Below are positions 1-12,750 of a stretch of DNA of 64,000 nucleotides, piece by piece. Made by a program: the position numbers and the translations under genes. The first letter of the stretch is position 1, and every line of letters starts with the position of its first letter. The notes under the pieces were generated by a model. That model was not told the DNA's origin. It made no database searches and saw nothing but the letters and a program-made list of their open reading frames with translations. The DNA is from Lama guanicoe (Eukaryota): assembly GCA_013239625.1 (NCBI GenBank), contig MU056050.1, positions 3,396,084 to 3,460,083 of the forward strand, written 5' to 3'.

Positions 1-230
1 TTGAAACTGGCTTCAAGGGGTTTAAAGTTGGAACAGAATTAAATAGGAAGCCACTGAAAGGCTTCAAGAAAAGGAGTAAGCTCGAAACAGATAAAGATGA
101 TTTTAGCAGGAATGTTCTGCATGGTCTCTTAATATAAGACGACTGGGGTCCAAAATATGAAATGTGACCATGGGATTTGAGAAAAGAGGGTAGACATGAA
201 AAAGGATTTCCAAAGAACCAACGTGAATAA
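1..230 (-). mobile_element. L2 LINE fragment (degraded)
   Basis: Purine-rich L2-type motifs ('aataggaagccactgaaaggcttcaag', 'gagaaaagaggggtagacatg'). Confidence 0.5.
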
Positions 231-239
231 AACCAAAAA

Positions 240-480
240 TATCAGCTAATATTTACTGAGTATTTACTGCATGGCAGGCTCAATGTGTAACTGCTTTCTG
301 TGTATCCTCATTTAGTCTTCATAGTATCCTATGGGAGGGGCCTTATTATAACCATTTGACTTACAGGAAAAGTGAGGCACAGAGAACTGAAGTTTCCTGA
401 AGTTAAATGACAGACTGAGGCATGAGGTTACATTCAGGTTGAGGCAATAAGACTTGGATACACAATCTAATACATGTCTC
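240..480 (-). mobile_element. MIR SINE
   Basis: 'gctaatatttactgagtatttactgcatggcagg...ccatttgacttacaggaaaagtgaggcacagaga' matches the antisense MIR core. Confidence 0.8.
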
Positions 481-544
481 CTGAGAACCCAACAATCATG
501 GAGCATTTTTAACAATTCAGCAGAATTAATACAAACAAATTAGG

Positions 545-900
545 ACTGTCTTGTTCAAAGCAGTCACTTTAGGGAGCCATACACTTATTACACTGCTGCA
601 AAAATTTCCAGAACGCTTCTTTAGTGACTGTGTTCTAAACCTGAAACACACTCTGATCCTATGCACTAGTGGAAAGCTTCTAGCCTTGAAGTGAAGTTTA
701 AATTTTATAAATACCTAAAAAAAAAGTTGAAATAAAGTCTGTCAAATAAAGTGAGCTATCAAGCTACATAGTTTGACCTGAGATCAAAAACATGATGTGA
801 CATGAAGAAATGAGATGGAATTTTTCTCTGAAAGCATTCCCCCCAAATTCTGGAGCAGTGGCAGCATCTCTAAAATCAGCAGTAACTTCCCTACAAGAAA
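545..900. mobile_element. MARNA-like TcMar-Mariner non-autonomous DNA transposon relic
   Basis: 'ttgttcaaagcagtcactttagggagccatacacttatt' at the left and 'ctgaaagcattcc...ctggagcagtggcagcatc' at the right resemble the recalled MARNA consensus. Confidence 0.6.
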
Positions 901-3419
901 ACCTGACTCTATAAACTCTGGTTCTAGTACATGTATTCGTATTAAAATGCAAATGTTTATACTAAAATTAAGAGGCTATACATTTTGCATCACCCATTTT
1001 ATGTAAGACCATTAGAGAGTAATATTCCTACATATGAGATATCCAAGCACATATACATTATAAGTGCTATGGGTATTCAAATTATGTGGAGCTCAACATG
1101 GACTAGGCTAGTTGACAACAGCTTTATGTAAGGAAGTAGGGGATGACTTGGTCTTGAAGAATGAGTTAAATTTCAATAAGTGAGGGAAAAGATCTTCTGT
1201 GTAGGGGAGAGGAATCTGACTTTATGAGTTAATAAAAGTGGACTTGAAAAAAATTCTAATCCATATGAAATAGAAGCCCTCCTGAAACCCAGCAGATGTT
1301 AATATTAGAGAACAGAGAGAGACATAGCTAGCACAGCGGACCCTGATTACAGGGGGAGGAGGATTGCCGAATGAATGCTAGCTGGGGAGTCTGAGCTTGA
1401 TCTAAAGTTAGCCTATTATCCCTCCACCTGTGATTTTGTAAGTTTCAAGGATCCGTCAAGGCCCACTAATAAATGTCTTGCTCTACAAAGGCAATTTAAG
1501 AAAAGAAAAGAAAAGTAACACGGATACTTCAAATTCTCTCTCCCTTGAGAAAAGGCCCTCCCACTGACCTTGCTTTAAAGACAGGGCGAGCTGGCAAGAT
1601 CTGGCAAGATCGAAAAGGGGCCATCAGCAGAGTGTAGATAAGCTTTTAGAAATGCCTTATTGGCTTTCAAAAGGATGAACAGGTTTTCGGGTAGAATTTA
1701 GTAAATGCACAGAATTCTTTTTACCAAGTATGAGCTTCCTGGCTATTGGATAATTATTTTCTCTATAAAATACAGCCCTAAAAAAATTCTTGCTATTTCC
1801 TTAATTAAAGTAAATACTTATTTATACTACTCTACTGAAAATCTTTAAAATGCAAGATAATAATGAATCCCATTTTGCTGTGTATTATAAATCATATTAG
1901 TAACTTCTGGTGCTCTCCAGGTTTAATAGGTGATAGTTTGTTATTCATATTCAGCATAAACTAAGTCATTGAAATTACAAATTTACAAGTAAGCTACAAA
2001 AATTATGCTTGTCTTCAAGATTATGGTTTTAATAATTGAAAATACCACCTGACCTAGAGCAACAAAAATGGTGCAACTTGAAGGTTCATCTGAAATTCAT
2101 GTTGAGAATAACACTGAACACTGGGACTATCTTTTTATTAATGTCAGGATATAAAAATATAGAATAAATCAACAAAGAAAAGTTACATTGTTTTGTGGGA
2201 TTTATATTTTCAGAATTCCTTTCAAAGCATCATATTTCCAAAATGCACATGTTGTAAATATGAGAGAAGCCATGTTAACATCGAGAGTCTCACATGAACA
2301 GAAGCTGTTTGCCTTAATATCAAAATAATAAGTCTTTTTTTTTGCACTGAGTGATAAACTGTATGGAAAATTCTAAACCCTGTTTTAGCCTGCTTTTTCA
2401 TATAAAATAAGAAGTGACCATGTACATGTTATATTTGTTGCACCCAAACGGCTTCTTGCTGGCCAGCAAGCCCAGCCATCTAATAAGTATATTCTGAAAT
2501 AAAACCTTCCCCGAACTCAACTTGAGCTGCTGAGTCTGTGAGGTTGAAGGTCCTGTTTCCAGTTTTTGAGGCTTCCTAAGGCTTCTAATCACAACCAGAG
2601 ACTGACTCCACCGGAATTCAATTTACTGTAGTTGAACGAGCTCGCTTCCCTGCCCCATAACTTGCTTCAATCCAAATTAGTGTCTTGATTAAATTTTAGA
2701 GGGAACTTTGCTTACAAGCCTGCCAGGGGCTTGCCTGCCATCCCAAAGTGTATTCTAGTCATCCCATGTATGCAAGTATGACCGTGTTTTTATTTTTATT
2801 TTTATTTATTTTTGTACTTTCAATCTTTTCAAATTCTGCTATATACTTGAAAGGATTCTTCTACATACACATTTATGGGATGAGGGAGGGGATTCAAGCA
2901 TCAGAAAAAGTGAATGATGTGGATTGGCGCAAACACCCCTCTAGCCTCCCTTGCAAGATAATAGGAAGCAGGGCACATCATAGCTAGTTACCTTTTATCA
3001 TCTCCTCTGGTCCCACAATACCCTTTCTATGTGAGATAAGATACACTTAGCTGACTCTGTCAGGTGAGATTCACTGACAGAAAAGATAGTCTTAGGACTG
3101 TTTTCTAGATTGCAGTTTCTTCGTCTGTAAAATGAGGTAGTTAGGACTAAATGATGTCCAAATTCTTTTCCCTGCTTTATCCATCTATGGTTTAACTCAC
3201 TTTAAATCTGCTCCATTATTTGATTTAATGATCTACACACATCTAGAAAATTATCTTCAACAAACATATGCTAGGCACTGGGGAGACAAAGAGGTCTAGG
3301 AGTAAAAGGAGGCTAGAAACCTAGTTAGAGAAATAAGATTATGTCCATAACAAGACACAAAACAATGCAGGGTAGGAAAAGGCTCAGCATGGGTGCACAG
3401 AGTGAAATCTCTAAACCTT

Positions 3420-3535
3420 TACTCCTACCAGTCCACAATGGACCCAGAAGTAAGCAAAACAATACCCTCTCATTGTGTTGAACCACTGTGATTTGAGGGT
3501 TGTTTCATACAGCAGTATTACTTACCCTGAATAAC
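3420..3535 (+). mobile_element. MLT1-family (ERVL-MaLR) LTR 3' fragment
   Basis: 'cattgtgttgaaccactgtgatttgagggttgtttcatacagcagta' resembles an MLT1 3' end. Confidence 0.55.
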
Positions 3536-3538
3536 TTC

Positions 3539-3588
3539 ATATATATATATATGTATATATATATACACACACACACACACATACATAC
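3539..3588. repeat. Compound (TA)n(CA)n microsatellite
   Basis: Directly visible. Confidence 0.95.
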
Positions 3589-3659
3589 CTCTACATACAC
3601 CTTTACCTCTACCTCTTTTTGTCTAGACACACAATCAATTTGGGCCATAAGATGAGAGA

Positions 3660-3885
3660 CTACTGCTTATCAGGAAGGTATCTATGACCACCCTCCTCCA
3701 ACGACTAAATTGATCACACTGGGGACTAGAGGTATAGTTACAGCTATTTAATTTTCTTCCGTCCTAGACTATAAGCCACAGGAAGGCAGAGGTTATGTCT
3801 TTTTTATTCATCACTGCATTCTCAGTACCTGGTGCCTGGATCATAGTAGGTGTCCAGGAAATATCTGTTTAATGAATGAAGGAGG
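3660..3885 (+). mobile_element. L2 3' end
   Basis: 'ctagactataagccacaggaaggcagagg...gtgcctggatcatagtaggtgtccaggaaatatctgtttaatgaatgaa' is the L2 3' tail. Confidence 0.75.
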
Positions 3886-4314
3886 GCTTAAATTACATAG
3901 TGCTTCTCACCTGGGCTTCCTATAGCATCCTGTCCTTGTACTGTCATTGCCTCTATCACTTTGTATTGTTATTGCTGTATATTGTCTGTCTCCTTTAGAG
4001 AGCAAGGTGCTCAATAACTATTTGTTTAATCAGGGTCTGAGCTTGGTGAATATTTTTAATACTGTAAGCAGAGAACACCTTCTGGGGCCAACAAAAGAGC
4101 TGTTGCCTTGTGTACTTAAAGGCCCTCAGTTAGACCTGTCCTCTGAGTCACTTCCTCTTCCCCTGAGTGATTGAGGGTCCTTTCCTGCTTAAGACAAAGC
4201 TCAAAAATGTCTTCGTACCCCCAAATCTTGTGGACCTTGTCCTTGTCCATCACAAACTTGCCTTTAACCTGCCATAGACTGAATGCCTGTTTTTTTGCCA
4301 GAATCCTCAGTATC

Positions 4315-4662
4315 ATAAGAATTGCGGTGGCCAGGAACTGGGGGATGTGGGAAATGAGAAAGATGTTGGTCAAAGGGTTCAAACTTCCAGTTATAAGATG
4401 AATAAACTCTGGAGGTCTGATGTACAGCATGGTGACGACAGTTAACAATATTCTATTGTGTACCTGAAATTTGCTGAGAGTAAATCTTATGTGTTCTCAC
4501 CACACAGAAAGGGTAAGTAACCATGTGAGGTGATGGATGTGCTAATTAGCTTCATGGTGACTCAAGGTATTCTCAAGGAATACGTATATCCAATCACATG
4601 TTGTACACCTTAAATATTATACAATTTTTGTTTGTCAACTGTACCTCAGTAAAGCTAAAAAA
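4315..4662 (+). mobile_element. L1 3' UTR fragment (L1MA9-like)
   Basis: 'gatgttggtcaaagggttcaaacttccagttataagatgaataa...tgtcaactgtacctcagtaaagctaaaaa'. Confidence 0.85.
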
Positions 4663-5729
4663 TAGCCTCAACATTTAGTAAGCCCTTTCCAAATGAGTTT
4701 CTGTTAGAACATTTCATATAGATTTAGATGAAAATCAAGTAAAAGAAGAAAATGAACTACTTCCATAAGACTGGCTCCCTAATTTTTTCCTCTTTACTAG
4801 ACTCTGTTGTAGCAACTGCCAGATAAAGACCCAGAAAATGGGTCCTTCCTTAACAAACCCAAGTGATTCTATTAACTAATTAAAAGGTCTCTGGTTTCTA
4901 CAATTCACTTCTTCATAAATTGCCTTAACTCTTGACTGTCCCAAGAGATTTCTTAAATGGGACTGGGAATTTTTCACAGTCCTAACTGCTCTAGAATTGA
5001 AGAAATTAAAAGTAGGCAGGAAAGAAAATGCTGTAAATGGTAAAACCTACTGCAATACTGATGCAGTGCACAAAGTGAGAACATGCCCTTGATTTGCCAG
5101 GACAGCACCAGTAAATCCCTTACGACATCTGTCGTGATCAGAAACAGCCATGGTCTCTAGGAAGCCAAAAGCTTCTGCCACTTTTTGATGGGGCAACAGA
5201 AACAGGGAGAAGGTTTCAGGAACTTATCTGTGATGCTATGCCTAATCCTGTGTTTCCATGAACATTTGGGAAGAATTTGTGCCAAGTGTTAGCATAAAAA
5301 GTGAAATATGATCAACAAAACGGCCTTCCTCATTAAGAAATGTAAGAATAGAGGGTTATATTGCTTTGCATTAGAATACATATATAATGCCAAGTATGCA
5401 ATTAGAGAAAAGTTCCCAAATTTCCATTTCCTCATCAATTTCCCTCTGTATGGAAATAATCTCCTCTTCTCTAATTCAACAAGGTAATAGTGGAATGCAG
5501 AGCTTTGTGAATTCCTCTGAAGGAGCTTGATTTAGGATTTTATTTTCAAGTTATAAGGTGATAGCCTCCTCTGTCATAAAGCCTCAAGGGAGAGAGTTTG
5601 GGCTACTTTTTAAGTTTTGGAAGTTTCAGCCTGATGCCTGTGAGTTCCTTCTGCTTTTTACCAAAACTAAGAGGAACGTTTCTACTTCAGAAACCAGTTC
5701 CTTGTTAAATAGCAACTGAACCCCAACTC

Positions 5730-6014
5730 TGTGATCCAGTAACTTGAGTGCTTTTATATATGCTGCAGGCATGGAGATGGGAGGGGATTCATCACCCCCA
5801 GATAAACAGACCCTGCTAGAGAATAGCCTTGTTACAAAAACGAAGATAATAAGCCATTCACAACAATTCGAAGGATGTGTCTAAAAATACCTGCACAATG
5901 AAAGGTTCTCACCGCATGCTGTAAGCATGCCTTTTGTGGATGGGACCATTGTGCCGTGAAGGCTGTCAGACACATTCTCAGTGCCTACTTCAATCTACTC
6001 CACCTGTGTAAACA
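5730..6014 (-). promoter_or_regulatory. Candidate TATA-box promoter (minus strand)
   Basis: Minus-strand TATATAAAAG (5751-5760) with G/C flanks, a CA 30 nt downstream (5731/5730), and upstream GATA, FOX, MEF2-like and E-box motifs in non-repeat DNA. Confidence 0.3.
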
Positions 6015-6179
6015 ATGCTCTAAAGATGGAGAAGCAGGATGTTAAGTCAACCAATGATACACTCCCTGTTAACCTTTTCCTATTCGTATATTTAAGAGAG
6101 AATTTACACAATGCCAGTGATGGCAACAGAGTTTTCATATCGTACTTCAATCTATGTAGATCAACACAGTAAGTTACAG

Positions 6180-6366
6180 CAGTGGTTTAAAAACCTGAAC
6201 ATGCATCAAAATCATTTGGGGGGCTCGTTACAACACAGATTTCTAGATTCCACTCCCAGTTTCTGATTCAGTGAGTCTGGGATAGGACTTGTGGATTTGC
6301 ATTTTGGACACGTTTCCAGGTAGTGTCCATGCTGCTGGCTCAAGGAACACACTTTGAGAATTACTG
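6180..6366. mobile_element. MER5A hAT-Charlie MITE
   Basis: Ends 'cagtggttt...' and '...ctttgagaattactg'; internal 'gtttctgattcagtgagtctggg...atttgcatttt'; ~187 bp. Confidence 0.85.
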
Positions 6367-7136
6367 TGATAAAGCATGGTCATAATGAGCTTAAGGTTTT
6401 AAGCTCAAATATCATTTCAGTCAGTTGGTTCAGAGGAAAATTCTGATGTGACCAGATTTGACAGTTCAACATATGTCCTTGGTTACAGGGAGGACAAGAT
6501 GGCAAAACAGGCATGCTTCTTTGTAATCTTACACCCGGTTCTGTAAAGTCATGCAAACATGTCTAAATGGTAATTGCAGCTTTACATACGAAGAGCATAC
6601 CAGTTTTTTAAAAGTGTCTTAAACTTCTACTTCTGAAAATTTTTGTACACTAAAAATAGGATAGTATAATAAACATCCACATACTTACCAACCTAGATTG
6701 AATAATTAATATTTTGCTAAATATGCTTTATTTATCTTTTTAGCTGAAGCATTTTAAAGTAAATCCCATAAATCTCTCTCCCCTAAATAGTTCTGTATAT
6801 AAAAAGAACATAATCTTTTATATTATACTTTTGCTTTCAAATTATTTAAATTTCTACTATTTTCTCAACATCTACTAAGTATTTAGCACAAGAGATCTTT
6901 TTTCTTAAGACAAAGAAATTTAAGAATCAAATATTCAAAAGACTGCTCCAAGATACCAGGACAAGTTTATAACAGAACAGAAACGATGTGTCCCTTTTCT
7001 GTGTCAGACACTGGGCTAGGCACTAGGAATATGGTAATGACAATTTGCCTGCCTCTTAGCTCCATGCTCTTTCCAGGAAACTAAGCTGCTGTTCATAATT
7101 CATTCCAAAATATACTGAAAGAAATTAGACTAGGTC

Positions 7137-7450
7137 AGCGTTAGCCAGAGAGCATTCAACGTAATACTTATTTTTCAGAAGGCTAATAGGTGTAACACAT
7201 GCTCACAAAAAGGCTTCTATGGTCAAATAAGTTTGGGAAACCCTGAGTCAAATAAACAGGTTTTTTACTGAACTTTATAGAGCCTCTAATTAACTAATAG
7301 ACATTGGGAATCTCAAAGATAATATGCAGTATTTCTCCATCGTATTAAACGATAAACGTTTGATTGTTGTTGTTGCTGTGTGTGTATATGTGTTATGTTG
7401 TTTTTGTTATTTAAGGAGTATCTAGAAAACATGTTTTGATAAAAGCTCCA
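7137..7450. mobile_element. MER103C-like hAT-Charlie element
   Basis: 'ctatggtcaaataagtttgggaaac...aaacaggttttttactg...agagcctctaat' matches the recalled MER103C core. Confidence 0.65.
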
Positions 7451-10352
7451 CTAGAAGAATCTTAGGGTTTGCTTTACCTTACATGCTCAAGAAAACTTTA
7501 AAGGAAAAATGTGATATTCCAGTGGTAGAAACTAAGAACAGGTTCCTGTCCACTTTCAAATATTAAAATAAGACTACCCATGTAGAAGTGAATTGGCTCC
7601 TTACAACTTTGAAGTATTAAAGTAGATTTTCAAATTAAATATATTTATAACTGTACTTTAAAATAAAAGCTTCATATAATTATAATAATTTAATCACATC
7701 ACCATACCCAGAGGCAGGTTTTTTAGGTTGTAATAATTTAATTAAAGTGTTCTTTTTGATATATATCTTGATAATCTCATTGTAGTCAATTGGAAGTGAC
7801 TTAGATATGCACAGAATAGTATAATAATTATATTTGCAAAAAAACTCTAAATCAAGTGAGAACTATATTTTATGTGAATTATAACTTGTTATCCCTAAAA
7901 TCAATTTAAATGAAGGCTAGAGGAAGGAAACAGGAAAACACTGATATGGTACAAGACCAAAGGTGGATGTGTATGAGCGAAACAATTCACAGATAGTAGC
8001 TGAGGTCATCTGGTATCTAGCTGATCGACTAACATGGAATTGAAGCTTTATTCAAATATATACAAGATGGCTAGAGTAACAAGCTTGTCAAGCATCTGAT
8101 TTACAAAAGAAAATTATCAACCAGTTATTTTCAAAATATCTAAAAATTGAGCATTGTGTAGATTGACAACCTAGTTAACAAGCAATATTTCACTTTTTCT
8201 ATGGATGGTTTTTTTAATCAGGAAGACAGAGCCCCAAAATATTCAATATCTACAATTCTGTCTATTGCTAACTGAAGAAGCTTCATAAAAGTCCTTTATG
8301 AAGTTAATTAATCTTCCTACACCTTATTGTCCTCATCTCCAAAGCAGCTGGTAACCTTTTCAGATGTTCTATGATGATAAACAGAAAAGACAAAACTGCC
8401 TCAAAAATCAAGACGTCTAGTCAAATGGGGGTAGGTAATCATAAATAAAGAGTAACTACAAAATGATTGCTTTAGGTAAGGATTTTAGACATTTTATCTA
8501 AGTTTTATTGCCGTAGAAATTTTGTTTCAAGACAGACTATGCATTTTAAAGTGAGCCTGATAAATATCTTAGTATTTAATTTTAATAGTTATCAGTGCTT
8601 AATCCCTTGATCTGCAATAACCTTAAAATACATAATTCATATTACAGTAACCAGTAAAGATCCTGATTATTCATTTCTGCCTTTCGTTAACATGAAGAAC
8701 TAATATTGGATGTCTAATTATAGTAAAATGGTGTTTTTACACCTTTCTACCAAAAAATTCACTAGGTAATTTGTGTTTTCCTTTATTTAGGAAACCAGGA
8801 TATACCACAATGATAAATGATGGTCTGCTCTTGAGTGATATTATGTGATAAACTCAGAAATCAGTTTAAGTCTGGTATTTATTTTAGGTTGATTAAATAA
8901 ATCAAGGGGTAAAGATTTCTTTGTCATAGTGATATCCAACTTGAAAAAAATCACGAAGTCTTAGTTAACAGGCAGGCAACAGCCTAACCAGATTAAGTGT
9001 ATGAACCCTGGGCTGCTACAGCAGCTCAGCAAGTTTAATCCACAAGTGAATGATACAATACAAAACACTGTTATTATATATTTCTTTGCATGATGCTAGA
9101 ACTATCATTTGGGTGAAAATAAAACAAATATCTATAAAGAGAATTAATACATATCTCTAAACTTCTTTCCTAGAGCTATAATTGCCTAGATATTAATCCT
9201 CCCATAACAACTTCCTCCTTTAAATCTTATAGTTCATATATCGATAGACACTTGAAGCACAGAAATGTGCAATATCATTTTTTAAATTAATTCAATAGAA
9301 ATAAAAGTAAACTATGATTTATAATAAAGATTATGATCTGATCCTCAACAGTTTAACCAGGCATTTCTCCACTCTGAGTTTTAGCTTCTTCATCTGCAAA
9401 ATGGGAATAGCATGATAGTACCCCTGTGCTGAAAAGATAAACGTGAACAAATGCAAGGTATTATAATGTTACACTTGTTAACGATAAAGGCTTTTCAGAT
9501 TTGCATGTGTCCATCTTTAAAGGCAGCAATCTTCCGCTTATCTCTAAAGGGCCTAAAGGGCTGGTCAACTTAGTGGGTAAAAATAGAAGGTAATAAAATT
9601 TCTTAAAAGGCAAAGTATTTCTTTGTTTTCATATGGATCAGTGGTTTCCAAACTGAAGCTTTCTATCTCTACAACAGAATAAAAAACGATTATTTTGTAA
9701 TGCATATTACAATAACTGTATAATTACTACTTAACTTTTGTTGAAGTTACTCTTTGAGAAACACTGATTTAGCAAAAAAGAAAAAGAAAAATTTAAATGG
9801 GTACCTTGAATGAATACTTGACTTTTCACTGATTGGTTTTGGCATCTCATAGACCACTGATTCTCAACGGGGGGCTTAATTCTCTAGGAATAGATTTCAG
9901 AATCTCTAGAACAAGTTATATGGAGTGTTACTTGAAAAGGCACACTTACTATTATAATTTTATATTTGTAAAATGGAAAAGATAAAATATTTTCATAAAA
10001 GAATCTACAGAAAATAACACTCTCAATGGAATTCAGGGACGTAAGTTTTTATGTTTCTTAAAAGGAGGTATGTGTTTGAATAGGTTAAAAAATAGTTTGA
10101 AGGTTTAGCCCTAGCTCCCAAAAGGCTCTGGGGAAAGTTTTCTGTTGTGGCTGGATCACCAATCTGTTAACAGGTCCTGTAAACTGCTAGCATTAGCAAC
10201 TGGCCCACAGTGATGCTCTGAAGACTCACTAACGTACAGTAAAGAGGATGGTGAAAAAAGCAATCACCACAACTATTAAAATCAAGCAATGAAGAGCAGC
10301 CAATCAAAAAGCAAATCAAGACAACCTTGGGTGTTTTGCATGACGGATAATC

Positions 10353-10473
10353 TAGGATTGCCAGATTTAGGTAATAAGTCCCATTTGGGACATACTTATA
10401 CTAAAAAGAAATATTAATCACTTATCTGAAGTTACAATTTACTGGATATCTTGTATTTTATCCGGCAACACTT
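10353..10473. mobile_element. MER53 hAT MITE, internally deleted
   Basis: TIR-like ends 'taggattgccagattt' and 'ttttatccggcaacact'; internal 'tttgggacatacttatactaaaaa'. Confidence 0.75.
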
Positions 10474-12049
10474 AGTGAAACCTTTCCTCCAGCGTATCAA
10501 TAAGATAACACTTCCCAAAGGATTATGCAATATATCAGAGCAAGCAATTCAACTTGATCATTTATTCAAAAAACGTTCTTGCTCTCAATGTTGCCCAACA
10601 GCTCTTTAATGAGAAAAAGCTGTTAGTTCCAGCTGTCATAGCTGAGATCCAACCAACGGTAGGCACAGCAAGTAAAAACTGACCTCTTTATGGAGGAATC
10701 ATTATTAACCTTAAAAGCTCCATATATATGCTTTGATACATCTATACTTTCTTTTTTTTGAGGATGCAGCCTTATATTGGGACAGACTCTAAGTAGCCAC
10801 GCACCTACTCAACCCAAGATATCGGAAATGAGGATTGAGGAGGCAAGGTAAATTAATTAGAAGAAACAAGGTACTGTAAAGGAAAGGGCAGAGAGTAGAC
10901 AGGGATTCAAGAGAACAGAGTTCTTTTCTCTTCTAACATGAACTTGTGTGATCATGTAAAAGTCATTTCACCTCTTTGGGCCTCAGGTTCAAACATAGTA
11001 AAAGTAGTAAGTTAGACTGGGGGCACTCATCAAATGTTTGAGACACTCCTCTCAAGAGGCTAGTAGTCCACTATGCTTCTGAGTCGAATATTCTACAATT
11101 TGCATTTTGAAATGTATTAATTCTCTTTATAGATATTTGTTTTATTTTCACCCAAATGATAGGTCTTTGAAGTTTGCATCCTTTCTTTAGAGTGTGTCAC
11201 AACTGCAATGTTAAAGTGTAGGTAACCTTTTGAATATTGTTTTATTAAGAATTACTTAAATTATAGGTCACATGTAAAGCAGTTTAAAGGCCTTATTGAC
11301 AAGCATATCTGTACAGACTATGGGTGAACAGATCATAGCTTGTCAGTTCAGCTTGGATGAAAACATACAATTAACAGATTGAACAAGCAATATGGATGTT
11401 TTCCATCAACCTTTGACAAATGAAAGGTAAGCAGAGCTGTATGCCTCTCATAAATTGCTGACTTTGTTATGCTGAGGCTTGTGTTATATTGAAAATGCTT
11501 TACATCTATGAATGGAAAATGAAAATCCTGTCAACCATAGCCAAATGTGTTGTGCACATAAGACGATGTGCACTACCTCACCGTAGACATAAAGTCAATG
11601 GACACCCCACAAACCCAGGCCAGTGCAGGTGAGCATTTAAGCATTAGTGCCCGGGAGGCTCAAAAACAAAAACAAAAAAAACAAAACAAAAAGTAAAACA
11701 AACAAACCACCACCAAATTGCAAATTTACACTATGACTAATTCTGTGTTCAAAGAACAATTCTCCTTTTAAAAATAAAAAAATAACGTTGATATTTACAC
11801 ATGTTGAGTTACTTTGAAAAGAGGAAGCAAAAAGCCTAAATATGGCTAATCATGTGTGATACTATATAAAATCAATCATCTCCTCTATTTTTATCATAAA
11901 TCATGATGAAGTTTCAGATGGAAAATTTTGCTGAGAATTTTTCCTAAAGTAGCATATATTAAAGCATCCTTCTTTATCAGACAGAAATATGTGGTCTGCT
12001 GTGGATATTAATTAGTATTCAAACACTTATAATTCCAGGTATAGTTTAA

Positions 12050-12300
12050 GAAGGAATGGTGTAATGAAATGAGCCATTTGGAAATCTGGGACAAAAAGCC
12101 TGAATTCAAGGCCCTCTGTGCACAATTACTAAACTGTTCTCTGAGTGGCTTTGGATAAGCTACTTGATCTCCCTGAATCCCAAGTCTTCTTCTCTATAAA
12201 ATTGGGATATCATTACATTAGGACCCACACCAGATGAGGTTCAAATGGCGTATGTGTGAAAACATCTCTTAAGTCTAAGAGTTATAAAATGATAATCATA
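12050..12300 (+). mobile_element. MIR SINE
   Basis: 'cctgaattcaaggccctctgtgc...ttggataagctacttgatctccctgaatcccaagtcttcttctctataaaattggga'. Confidence 0.7.
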
Positions 12301-12439
12301 ATCAATAAAATCCATGTTACAATTGTCCCTTGTAGATGTTTTTGAGTATTGATTGGCAAACATAGGTTTGTTTTGATGTTGAATGAACTCTGCCTCTCTG
12401 GAATGAAATCTGCCTCCATACTGGGGTTAATTTCACATA

Positions 12440-12750
12440 TTTCAGTCTATCTTCTCTAATAACTCCTTCTCATTATTCAGGTCTCAGCTCAAAAACTACC
12501 TCCTCAGGGAGGTCTTCACTGACCATACACCACAGTACCTCTTAGTTCAGTCTCTATGGAGTTACCTTGTTTTATTTTATACATGGAATGTGTTATCATC
12601 TATCTCCCTCTACAAGAACGTGAGCTCCAAGGAGGCACAGAATCTATTTGTCTGTCCACATGTTTACCTCTGTATTCCCAGCAGTTACACAAGTACTTGG
12701 CACAAAGAAGGATTTCATTAATATTTACTAAATAAACGAGTGAATGGATC
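12440..12750 (+). mobile_element. L2a 3' end
   Basis: 'tcaggtctcagctcaaaaactacctcctcagggagg...cttggcacaaagaagg...aaataaacgagtgaatg'. Confidence 0.8.

Noticed and set aside
8281..8303. 9-bp stem hairpin cttcataaa/tttatgaag
   Set aside because: Short and AT-rich; expected by chance in 64 kb.
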